From positions 21,934 through 85,933 of the forward strand of contig JAJECK010000096.1 in assembly GCA_022822085.1 (NCBI GenBank): a DNA stretch of 64,000 nucleotides, given 5' to 3'. Positions 39,571 through 48,786 of the stretch are shown here, one piece after another. This DNA is from Candidatus Poribacteria bacterium. GTDB taxonomy: Bacteria; Poribacteria; WGA-4E; WGA-3G. A program made the position numbers and the translations under genes. Position 1 is the stretch's first letter; each line of letters starts with the position of its first letter. The notes under the pieces were generated by a model. It did not search any database. It saw only the letters and a program-made list of their open reading frames with translations, and had not been told where the DNA came from.

Positions 39571-40389
39571 TCACCACGTTGGTGTGTCCGCAAGGACAGA
39601 TCTATTTATAGGTGCTGCCAAACCGTAGCGATTTGCAACTTGTTTGACTAAATCAAGTAACCATTCTGGAGCAAAATGTGCAATTACTATCTCTTCAATT
39701 AAAAGATTAAGTTCCACTTCATAATGAATACCGTTTGAACAAATATCATGCCATTGATCTATTTCTCTTATTGACAAGGTGTCTATGCGTTCTTTTATTC
39801 TGATCAAATCCAATCCGATAGGAAGTTTCTGAATGATGACTCTCACTTCCTGTTCATGTTCAAAACTCTTTCGTTTATGTAGATATGGAAATAACAGATC
39901 GTCTTCAGATATCCTGTCATTCTCATAGTCAACGTATCGCACCTTTCCGATATGGATTTTTTCATTAACTTTGAGAGAATTAATTAGAGAATTTAGATTT
40001 GATCTTATAGCAATGCCACCGTTTACACTTGTATACAATTTCCACATCGCTTCAGATTCATAAGGACTTTCATGCCAACAACTAATCAATGAAAATCGTG
40101 GTAACTGTTGAATTATTAATCCATACATGATTATTTCATCATCTGTAAAATCAGGATTTAAGATTGAACGTGAAGCAATGTTGGATTTTGGGACAGAACC
40201 CTCAAAAGGGTCTCCAAGTTTGTCTGCTCTCGCAAAAAACAGTGCTTTGTTTTCCAGAATTGATAGGAGTTTTGTGAAGTCCATATATCTCCACAAAATA
40301 GGATTCACAGACAACGTATCATGAACACAAACAGGACAATGTAAATCTGACATCACAGGATAAGTTTTTCGTTTAAATTCCTTGATCAT
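39571..40389 (-). CDS. DUF2971-like hypothetical protein
   Basis: LWRYMDFTK, DPFEG, ISCWH...SEAMWKLY, GIAI, KRKSFEHEQEVR. Confidence 0.75.
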   Translation of the reverse strand: MIKEFKRKTYPVMSDLHCPVCVHDTLSVNPILWRYMDFTKLLSILENKALFFARADKLGDPFEGSVPKSNIASRSILNPDFTDDEIIMYGLIIQQLPRFSLISCWHESPYESEAMWKLYTSVNGGIAIRSNLNSLINSLKVNEKIHIGKVRYVDYENDRISEDDLLFPYLHKRKSFEHEQEVRVIIQKLPIGLDLIRIKERIDTLSIREIDQWHDICSNGIHYEVELNLLIEEIVIAHFAPEWLLDLVKQVANRYGLAAPINRSVLADTPTW

Positions 40390-40462
40390 TTATTTTTATG
40401 GCGAGATACTTAGTTAATTACTCAACAACAAGCAATACAACAGAACATTTATATCAATTTTT

Positions 40463-40801
40463 TCAAACTGTCTGATTTCTATAATTTTTCTGTTCCGCTT
40501 TCAATAAAGTGATCGCCTGTGAAATTGTGGACTCGTCAAGTGCATTTTCAAACAAGTTTTTTGAAACTTCACTGATAACACTTTGAAATGCTGTAGTTCC
40601 TTGTGAATTAACGTTGGCAATGTTACCATCTCGAATCCGATTTATTATGACACCTATAACGTGTCCAGCAGCATCTAAAACTATAGATCGCAGAAGGTTA
40701 TCATCCTCAATTTTCAAGAGTTCTTCGGGACCAAGTGAATTTTTTACTTGATCTGCTATCAGATTCGGAAATTCATTTAAATAATTCATCTGATTCACCA
40801 A
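40463..40801 (-). CDS. Hypothetical protein
   Basis: 112 aa helical ORF co-oriented with its neighbours; start uncertain. Confidence 0.55.
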   Translation of the reverse strand: MVNQMNYLNEFPNLIADQVKNSLGPEELLKIEDDNLLRSIVLDAAGHVIGVIINRIRDGNIANVNSQGTTAFQSVISEVSKNLFENALDESTISQAITLLKAEQKNYRNQTV

Positions 40802-40838
40802 GTTCTATGATTAATTGCATTTATCTATTTCTTTTTCT

Positions 40839-41177
40839 CTATACCCATTCTGCATATCCACTGTAGACCATCATAGCACTTACGAATACCTGATTTGGGT
40901 ATCGCCACACATCTGCAACAACAAGATCATAGGAAATATCAGTAGGTTTGAGAACTACACGTTTCCCTTCCAAGAGGCTTTTCAGATAGAGCATCGCTCT
41001 TTCACCCAAAGGGGTATCTATCTCTGTAGCATTGATATTTGCTATGCGAACTTTTGTGTATGCGTTTATATTTCCAACTTTGCAAATTAATGGTTCTAAA
41101 TCAATATCTCGAGAAATCGGAGGGTCCACCTTAAATGTATCCCCATCAATCACTTTTGTCACTTGATAAAGTTTCAT
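40839..41177 (-). CDS. Thermonuclease (SNase-like) domain protein
   Basis: VTKVIDGDTF, KVRIANINATE, MVYSGYA; GGAGG RBS. Confidence 0.8.
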   Translation of the reverse strand: MKLYQVTKVIDGDTFKVDPPISRDIDLEPLICKVGNINAYTKVRIANINATEIDTPLGERAMLYLKSLLEGKRVVLKPTDISYDLVVADVWRYPNQVFVSAMMVYSGYAEWV

Positions 41178-41310
41178 ATTGATTCCCTCCTAAATATGTA
41201 GAATAAGGTATATTGAATATACGAATTTTAGCATAGCACAGGATGAAATACAAGCAAAATGACATATCTCATCAATAAGACTATCAGTATATTTGAGAAA
41301 AAATTAATGG

Positions 41311-42675
41311 TTAAGAAGTAACAGTTTTGACACAACGAAAACCGATTCTTCCGAGCGTCCGCGTCGGATTATTCTTATATCGGAAGGCAGTCTGTAATGA
41401 TTGTGGAGCATCAAGCCAAGAACCACCACGTAAAACACGTAACACACTACCAGGAGTCAATCTATTCGTAACTGCACTGACTGAATTCGCGCCGGAAATA
41501 GGATTGTGTTCAGGTGATTTTAGATAATAACCCGCATCATACACATCAAGACACCACTCCCAAACATTTCCTGCCATATCATAAAGACCGTAGGCATTTG
41601 CCGGATATTTCCCAACTTCAGTAGTATCACCGATTATGTCGTGATAGTTTGCCAAAGTAGCATCAATTGTGTTTCCCCAAGGATAGTTTTGTCCAGAGAT
41701 ACCGCCACGAGCAGCTTTCTCCCATTCAGCTTCAGTTGGTAGACGTTTACCCATCCACTCCGCATAAGCCATTGCAGCGTACCAACTCACCCATGTAACA
41801 GGATGATTCGCTTTATCATCGGGATAGTTATTTTCATGCCAGTGTTTTAAGTAATCGCCATCGTGTTCAGGTTTTTTCTTAGCAGTGTTCCATTTTATAT
41901 TCAATAAATATAAGTCTCTGGATCCACGCCATTGTGGATTATCATCTACAAACATTTTGAATTGTGCGTTAGTGACTGGGTAGGTGTCCATAAAGAACGA
42001 ATCCACATAAACAGAGTGTAATAGGTTTTCGTCACTTTCTCCATTTTTATCATCGCTGCCCATCAGGAAGTCCCCAGCGGGAATGAATACCATGGCCTGA
42101 GGTGTTTTCTCAGGAGTTTGTGTCTTTTGGAGAGAACTGGAATTGGATAACGTAGGGCTTATGTTTGTTTGTGGAGGTATAAGTAAAGTGGGTTTAGATT
42201 TCTGTATTTCAGGTTCTGTTTTTTGAATATCTTCTGTGAGTGTCTTTGTTTTGTTTTCTTGGTGTATGTACTTTTCCAAATAATGACGGCGTTTATGTGG
42301 ATGTGTTAACGTCTCACGCGCTTGATTTAATATCGTACGCCACTGTGCCTGCGTTCTACCGTCCGGACGAGGCAACCCACCTGCCTGTAATGATGTACTA
42401 TACGCTTTTCTGTGTGCTTCATTAACGAGGACCAGTATGGCAGCATCGTTCTTGTTTTCAATTTCATCTAAAGTTAGTCCTAATGCATCTAAATAGTTAA
42501 TTCCTTCACCGATAATCAATCCTGAAGCATTTAATATATCTGTCCCTTCATCAACCGTAAGACCATATTCCTGTACCGCCTGTTGAAGGAGTCCCGTCCG
42601 TTGTTCTGGAGTAATAGTCTGTGAAGCACCCCGAAGGACATTAATTGCTGTGATAAATTCTTCTCTTTTTGCCAT
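41311..42675 (-). CDS. J-domain-like + FGE-sulfatase protein, paralogue 3
   Basis: Same N-terminal domains, P/T-rich linker, RVLRGGSW...RIGFRC. Confidence 0.88.
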   Translation of the reverse strand: MAKREEFITAINVLRGASQTITPEQRTGLLQQAVQEYGLTVDEGTDILNASGLIIGEGINYLDALGLTLDEIENKNDAAILVLVNEAHRKAYSTSLQAGGLPRPDGRTQAQWRTILNQARETLTHPHKRRHYLEKYIHQENKTKTLTEDIQKTEPEIQKSKPTLLIPPQTNISPTLSNSSSLQKTQTPEKTPQAMVFIPAGDFLMGSDDKNGESDENLLHSVYVDSFFMDTYPVTNAQFKMFVDDNPQWRGSRDLYLLNIKWNTAKKKPEHDGDYLKHWHENNYPDDKANHPVTWVSWYAAMAYAEWMGKRLPTEAEWEKAARGGISGQNYPWGNTIDATLANYHDIIGDTTEVGKYPANAYGLYDMAGNVWEWCLDVYDAGYYLKSPEHNPISGANSVSAVTNRLTPGSVLRVLRGGSWLDAPQSLQTAFRYKNNPTRTLGRIGFRCVKTVTS

Positions 42676-42715
42676 GTGTTTATCTACCAAATACATCCAT
42701 AACTAAGATTCGCAC

Positions 42716-44077
42716 TCATTTGGATTTTAACCGTACGTCCCAAGCACATCTAAACCCAATATTTGCCGCATACTTTGTAGAATATGTGGGATCCCGTTTA
42801 GCTAAAAGCCTAATACGTAGGGTCGTGTTGAGAGGAGAACAACCATACCTATTTGCAATTGGCATCGGTTCTGATGTTGTGAACAACGTCCCTCCCCTTA
42901 TAACACGGTCAGTTGAGAAAATCCTGAAATTACTCAATAAATCATCCAATTCTTCTGCTGTATTAGCTCCAGCAATTGGATTTTCTTTATGTGATGTCGC
43001 ATAGAAATTTAATGCATACTCATCAAGACACCACTCCCACACGTTCCCCGCAATATCATGTATACCGTAGTTGTTAGGTGGGTATTGTCCAACAGAATAG
43101 GTCGTCCCCACATCTTTTCCAAAATAAGCCATGTCATGATCCAGAGTATTACCCCAAGGATATTGTTGTCCAATCAATCCACCACGTGCAGCTTTTTCCC
43201 ATTCGGCTTCAGAGGGAAGGCGTTTTCCTGCCCATTGTGCATACGCCATCGCCGCATACCAACTCACATTAGTGACAGGATGGTTTTCCATTCCGATCGG
43301 AAAATTATTTTCATACCAATGATTTAGGTAGTTTCCATCATGGTAACGTCCAAAAATAGACATCTTCTTTTTTGATTTGTTCCATTCATTACGTCTTTTT
43401 GCTTTTCTCCACAACGGATTGGTATCAGTAAATGCCTTAAATTGTGCATTTGTCACTGGATGTTTGTCCATATAGAACGGACCAACATAAATAGTGTGAT
43501 TCGGTGTATTCATTTGGGATTTGCCTATAGATTCAATACTACTCCCATGATATTCACCAGCGGGAATCAACATCATGTCTTCTGGTATCGCAAGTTGCAT
43601 TGAAGTTTGATTAAAATTCGGAGTTCCGTCTTGTGGAAAAGCATCGTCAAAATGTGAAGTTTCTGTATTTATGGTGGCTATGTGCTCCACTCTTTTTTGC
43701 GGATCTATCAGCACATCCCGCGCTTGATTCAGCATAGTTCGCCACTGTTCCTGCGATCTACCATCAGAGCGCGGAAGTCCACCTGCCCGCAATGATTCGC
43801 CATAGCATTTTTTGTGTGCATCCTCAATACTAACGAGGATGTCATTTTCACTAATTCCCTGGATCTCCTCTAAAGATAGTCCCAACACCTGAAAGTAGTT
43901 TACACTTTCACCAACGACTAATCCAGAGGTTTTCAGTATTTCTCCAGCTTCATCTGCAGAGAGTCCATACTGCTGCACTGCTTGTTGAAGTAGGAGAACA
44001 CGTTGATGTGTAGTTATGGTCGGGAAAGTTGCTTTGAGTGTATTGATAACACTAACGAATTCTTCGCGGTCAGCCAT
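42716..44077 (-). CDS. J-domain-like + FGE-sulfatase protein, paralogue 4
   Basis: NYFQVLGLS, LNQARDVLIDPQKR; FGE motifs RLPSEAEWEKAARGG, GNVWEWC, NIGFRC. Confidence 0.88.
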   Translation of the reverse strand: MADREEFVSVINTLKATFPTITTHQRVLLLQQAVQQYGLSADEAGEILKTSGLVVGESVNYFQVLGLSLEEIQGISENDILVSIEDAHKKCYGESLRAGGLPRSDGRSQEQWRTMLNQARDVLIDPQKRVEHIATINTETSHFDDAFPQDGTPNFNQTSMQLAIPEDMMLIPAGEYHGSSIESIGKSQMNTPNHTIYVGPFYMDKHPVTNAQFKAFTDTNPLWRKAKRRNEWNKSKKKMSIFGRYHDGNYLNHWYENNFPIGMENHPVTNVSWYAAMAYAQWAGKRLPSEAEWEKAARGGLIGQQYPWGNTLDHDMAYFGKDVGTTYSVGQYPPNNYGIHDIAGNVWEWCLDEYALNFYATSHKENPIAGANTAEELDDLLSNFRIFSTDRVIRGGTLFTTSEPMPIANRYGCSPLNTTLRIRLLAKRDPTYSTKYAANIGFRCAWDVRLKSK

Positions 44078-44105
44078 GTCCGATGATACCTATAATTCAC
44101 TAATT

Positions 44106-44519
44106 ATTACGCCTTGCGCCAGTTAACTATTTGTTTGTATTCACATAAAATGGATTTAACATATATAGGACTTACGCATTCCCCCTTGATAAGGGGGTAG
44201 GGGGTTAAATGGTGCGATATTTCAGTGTTTTTAGTCTTTTTAACCCCTAAACCCCCTTATCAAGGGGACTTTTAGAGGTATTGCGTAAGTCCTGATATAA
44301 ACATATCGTCCCTACCAAATCAACGCCAAATGCGCGTGGCAGAGGACGCGTGCGGTATTCTGCATGATTTGTCGGGACTAAAGAGGGGGTTACAGACGTT
44401 TTTCTATTAACATATCGTCCGGACGGGACTAAAGATCATCCAAAGCAAAGATATACGGTCAAATTCTCATCCTTATGTAAAACAATGTTTAACATATAGT
44501 TATTTAGCACAACTCGTAA
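44106..44519. repeat. Composite repeat: possible outer MITE shell containing a family-B MITE and REP-like AACATATCGTCC repeats
   Basis: Imperfect IR TTACGCCTTGCGCCAGTTAACTA / TAGTTATTTAGCACAACTCGTAA; further end-like copy near 44525. Confidence 0.5.
44166..44294. mobile_element. MITE family B with TSD ATATA
   Basis: TAGGACTTACGC / GCGTAAGTCCTG; ATATA on both sides; body matches 23376-23507. Confidence 0.9.
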
Positions 44520-44758
44520 ATATTATGCTTGTGCCAGTTAACTAATTGTTTATTATATTTTTCACATGTATTGGTTTTGTTTTGCATCCCGAAATGCGGT
44601 TTCAATCTGCTACCGGTTCTTAGAGTGTCAGAGCAACTCGTCTGGGTGCGTGCTGTATCAGAGCAAAATAAAAGAAAATGCAGTTAGAAAACCACACCTA
44701 CCGAGGTGATATGCGTAGCATGCTAACATAAAAACACAGTGATTCTCATACACCGAAC

Positions 44759-45880
44759 TCAAATTGTTCTACGAAGTTTTGTAGTTGTCCGGTATGTATC
44801 AACCCTTTTTGCTAAATCAATAAGTCCTTTTTCCGATATATTTCCTGATTGTTCCAAATCTTTAATAAGGTTTGAAAGGACTGCTTCATCATCATCCAAA
44901 CCGTGATCTGTCATTTTTTCTAAAAACGTATTTGTATCTAAATTCGGATTTACACGCCACCGGTTGCCTAAATCTACTTTGAATTTATCTCTAATATGTC
45001 CTAAAACATCATCGCGTGTATCGCCCTTTTGATATAACGCAGTCATAGCGTGAACATATTCAGTGCTCAACCTTCTATTTTTTTCTCTGACATCCAACGC
45101 TTTCCCAAATCTTCTACCTCTAAGTGTCATGAAAACGAACAGAATTAGACAGATATATACTGCTGCCAACCCCCACGATGTCTTAAATACGAAGTTAATA
45201 AACGTATTGGACGGTGCGACACTTTGGGCATAGTAGTTTCCTTCTGCAAGTCCAATATGTGCCTTTCGTGGTAATGTTGACATTATGTTGTAGAACAGGG
45301 CTGCGTTTCCGCTATGTTTTAATCCATTCTCATTAAATAGATATGCAGATGTGGAGAAATACACTCTACCCTGACCATATTGCAATGTTGCTACGACTGC
45401 TTGATTGTCTAAACCGTACAAAATTGCCATATCTCGTTTATCGGATTGTATTGCAAAGTACGTGCGAGGATATATTCTCCCAACGGGATTATTAGGGAAA
45501 TACGGTTCTTCCCTGTATCTATTTGCGTATTCCATTCTATTCGGCAAATTCTGCAATTTTAATCCAAAAGAAGAAACAAGCTCTGCCATTGTTTTATGAT
45601 TGCCACCATTGACAATCAATGTGCCACCCTCCTGGACAAAATCATGTATTTTTTCAATCTCCTTTTCTGAGGGAATTTTGGTAAGTTCTTGCAAGAATAG
45701 TACATCATAATTCTTTAGTTTAGAAGGATATTGTGCATTAATCTTTGTTACGCGGAATCTTAATTTTTGAAGAATGTTATATAGGACACTTCCCTCAAAA
45801 AGTGATGTGCAAGAAAATTGAAAACAGGAGAGTACGATAAAAATATAGATATATATTGATAATCTGGGTGTTCGTCTCAT
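44759..45880 (-). CDS. DUF4350-like protein (GATase-like domain plus TM, RGRRFG motif)
   Basis: FVQEGGTLIV, YGQGRVYF....LFNENGL...GNA, RGRRFGK, EYVHAMTALY. Confidence 0.75.
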   Translation of the reverse strand: MRRTPRLSIYIYIFIVLSCFQFSCTSLFEGSVLYNILQKLRFRVTKINAQYPSKLKNYDVLFLQELTKIPSEKEIEKIHDFVQEGGTLIVNGGNHKTMAELVSSFGLKLQNLPNRMEYANRYREEPYFPNNPVGRIYPRTYFAIQSDKRDMAILYGLDNQAVVATLQYGQGRVYFSTSAYLFNENGLKHSGNAALFYNIMSTLPRKAHIGLAEGNYYAQSVAPSNTFINFVFKTSWGLAAVYICLILFVFMTLRGRRFGKALDVREKNRRLSTEYVHAMTALYQKGDTRDDVLGHIRDKFKVDLGNRWRVNPNLDTNTFLEKMTDHGLDDDEAVLSNLIKDLEQSGNISEKGLIDLAKRVDTYRTTTKLRRTI

Positions 45881-45925
45881 TGTCGTTGTTCAGTATCTTT
45901 TTGTAGAAACACAATTATAAGAATG

Positions 45926-46564
45926 TCAACCTTTTAGATAAATCTTCTGTAATAGATCCCGATAATTTGACACAGTACTAGCGTTACAAGGTTTATGCCC
46001 GTACCATACTTCATCGAATACTGAAACAGCAGGACCGAGTGTTTCTTGTAAGTTATTGTCAACTTGTGATTGATGTAGATATTCACGATTGGTAAGGCTT
46101 TTGTCATAAGGTAAAACACCGCGTTCCTGAAGATGTAATATAGCGGATAAATATAGATATCGAAGTGCGCCCCGGAAGTCATCTGCTTCTTCTGCTATGT
46201 CGGCTTGAGCAAGTGCAGCTTCCTCTGTCCTTACATTTTCTTCAATAATCTCATGTTCGATTTCACGCACATTACTAATAAAGTTCATCCGAATCTGTTT
46301 AATGAAGAAAATAAAGACAATTCCGATGGCAATTATACCCAGTGGAAATAGGACATATTTTAATTTAAATTTCTGTACAGGTTTAGGGTTAAGCAGTTTT
46401 GCTAACTCGGATTGATATTTTGGGTATGATAGTGACGATTCTGATGGATTCCACTCCAATTCATTTCGATAAATTTGCTCTTCTGATGCATAGATATTTT
46501 GCATAGTCAAACAAAAGAGACTAATAATTATAAAGAAACAAATACTTAGTTTTAATAATTTCAT
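45926..46564 (-). CDS. DUF4129 domain protein
   Basis: DFRGALRYLYL, SLTNREYL, FDEVWYG. Confidence 0.8.
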   Translation of the reverse strand: MKLLKLSICFFIIISLFCLTMQNIYASEEQIYRNELEWNPSESSLSYPKYQSELAKLLNPKPVQKFKLKYVLFPLGIIAIGIVFIFFIKQIRMNFISNVREIEHEIIEENVRTEEAALAQADIAEEADDFRGALRYLYLSAILHLQERGVLPYDKSLTNREYLHQSQVDNNLQETLGPAVSVFDEVWYGHKPCNASTVSNYRDLLQKIYLKG

Positions 46565-47490
46565 TCTTGGCGATGTTCCGAAGGAATTTGGCCAACATTT
46601 TGTGTTGCCTGCATTTCAAGATCCAAAGCCTCTTTCCGAATACGCATGTCAAAGTAAAGAAGTGTTGTACCGATTGAAGCGATTGGTATTAACAGAGCAG
46701 TTATACCTAATCCAAAAAAACTTCGAATTAAATATACGAACCAACCGATATCTTCAGGAGTGGGGGCAAATATAAATAAAAATGTTTCAATAGGAGTAGC
46801 ACCAGAAGGTATTTCACCTGTGCCAGGGATCAGAAAGAAAACAAAAGTAAATGTAGTAGAAAGAATTGACGAAATCATATAATAAATAAGTATAATAGCT
46901 AATATTATGCCACACACTCTCCCCCAATTTCCTTTCACCAATTCAGAACTACGACGCAATGAAGCCCCTACGGATGTTTCCTCTACAAGTATAGGTAATG
47001 AATATAAACCCCACCGAACAAACATATAGACTGCAAATGGAATTCCAATACATGTTATAGATAATCCAGTAATAACCAGCGTATATATTACAGAACCACC
47101 TAAGAAAGGTAAGTAAACCCGTAATGTATGCTGCATGGCAGCTTGTGGAGTGATGCTCTTACCTAAAAACAATTGTGAACTTGCATAACATATAGCACCC
47201 AAAATAAATAGAGATAATAACCATGAACATATAATTGTGAGAAATAGACCAATAAGAATGTTCCCTATCGTATTCCTTAAAACTAAATAAACACCGATTT
47301 TATCTATCACATAACCAATTATGAAATAATAAATTAAGATATGAAAAAAGAGTTGGAAATTATTCCGGTAAAGCGAGAACATCCCATCCAAAATGTCAGT
47401 GAGACTCAAAGGCTGTAATGGAGGTAAGGATTCTTGACTTTCATATTCAGGCACTAAAGAGTTTGTTTCTTGCATCTTTTCCTCGTCCAA
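46561..47490 (-). CDS. Integral membrane protein (glycerophosphoryl-diester phosphodiesterase membrane-domain-like)
   Basis: LQPLSLTDILDGMFSLYRNNF, SLRRSSELVKGNWGR, LLYFDMRIRKEALDL. Confidence 0.75.
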   Translation of the reverse strand: MDEEKMQETNSLVPEYESQESLPPLQPLSLTDILDGMFSLYRNNFQLFFHILIYYFIIGYVIDKIGVYLVLRNTIGNILIGLFLTIICSWLLSLFILGAICYASSQLFLGKSITPQAAMQHTLRVYLPFLGGSVIYTLVITGLSITCIGIPFAVYMFVRWGLYSLPILVEETSVGASLRRSSELVKGNWGRVCGIILAIILIYYMISSILSTTFTFVFFLIPGTGEIPSGATPIETFLFIFAPTPEDIGWFVYLIRSFFGLGITALLIPIASIGTTLLYFDMRIRKEALDLEMQATQNVGQIPSEHRQE

Positions 47491-47560
47491 GTGAGTATTT
47501 TTAGCAATATGTATATTCTATATCATTTTTGCTTTATTTTCAAGACAATGTAAATGATGG

Positions 47561-47792
47561 GTGAGTAAAGTTTTTGTCCCTTATCTGTCTGAACACGGAT
47601 TATTGCCAAATCAACGGTATGCATCATGGTGCATGCGTCTTTGTACCGTCCGCTTCCAGATTGCGTCTTTGTACCGTCCGCTTCCAGATTGCGCATTGGG
47701 AGATAGCACAAACCGGAAGTTTATGTTCCAAAACGCTTGCGAGTTTGGTGTCCTCCGAGATTCTTACAACACATGCAAAAAACTTTACACAC
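47561..47792. mobile_element. MITE-like repeat family C, copy 2 (inverted)
   Basis: Reverse complement of 40-355, including the 28-bp tandem; lacks ~86 bp present in copy 1. Confidence 0.7.
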
Positions 47793-48033
47793 ACATACTC
47801 CTTAATCGGAGTTGCTTTTTTCTGACAGATTCTGATATAATAATCAGATAAGATTGAACGTCAGAAAAGCAACTCGCTTTTTGAGTTTATTAGGGGTGAC
47901 AACCCCCTAATTTCTTATCTATATTGGACCATATAAACCCAGTCTACACAAAGATTTAGGACACTTTTTTAAAAACTTTTTCCAAGTCCAAAACGACTAA
48001 TTCCGAAACAATATAATACCAGAAACTAAAAGT

Positions 48034-48780
48034 ATGTCCAATCTCAATGTATTAAAAAATAAATTGAAATCGCGAATTGACAAGTATTCGGATGTAAAGA
48101 GAAAAAAATGGTTTGAAAATTATATCAAACACAATACAAAATACCGTGGTGTTGAAATCACAACGGTTAGAACCGAACTAAAAGATTGGTATAAACAGGA
48201 AAAAATTGACGAACTTGCTCTTGATGAACAGTTAAACTTAGCACTTTCCTTCTTTGAAGAGGAATATGCAGAAGATAAATTTTCTGGAATCCTATTCTTG
48301 CAGCTTTATCTATGCGATAAGTTTGACTACCGAGTATTACTGGCAAGATTTGAATCTATATTTGAGAATGGCCTTATATACGATTGGAGTGTGTGCGATT
48401 GGTTTTGTACCAGAGTATTGCGTCAGATGATAAAGTCAAACGGAGATAAATGTGCAGAAGCAATAACCGAATGGAATTCTGCAGAAAATCTATGGCAAGC
48501 AAGGTGTTCTCTTGTGTCATTCACAACATTAACTAAAGACAATAGATACACTACACTTTTATTAGAATCGTGCGATAAACTGATAAGACGCGAAGAAAGA
48601 TTTGCAAAAACTGCAGTCGGATGGATATTGCGGGAATTGTCAAAAGCACAAAAACAAGTTGTAGTAGATTTTATAGAGGAATATCGTCAACACTTTTCAC
48701 GTGAAAGTCATGAAAATGCTATCAAGTATTTTGAAAAAGTTGAAAAGAAAAAATTGAGAGAATTACTAAAATCTTTATAA
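48034..48780 (+). CDS. DNA alkylation repair protein (AlkD-like HEAT-repeat family)
   Basis: YRGV, DWSVCDW, ENLWQAR, FAKTAVGWILRELSK. Confidence 0.85.
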   Translation: MSNLNVLKNKLKSRIDKYSDVKRKKWFENYIKHNTKYRGVEITTVRTELKDWYKQEKIDELALDEQLNLALSFFEEEYAEDKFSGILFLQLYLCDKFDYRVLLARFESIFENGLIYDWSVCDWFCTRVLRQMIKSNGDKCAEAITEWNSAENLWQARCSLVSFTTLTKDNRYTTLLLESCDKLIRREERFAKTAVGWILRELSKAQKQVVVDFIEEYRQHFSRESHENAIKYFEKVEKKKLRELLKSL

Positions 48781-48786
48781 GTCTTA

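Noticed and set aside
36806-44077. Complete diversity-generating retroelement
   Set aside because: No reverse transcriptase, and I saw no non-coding template repeat with adenine-specific mismatches; the loops differ by indels too.
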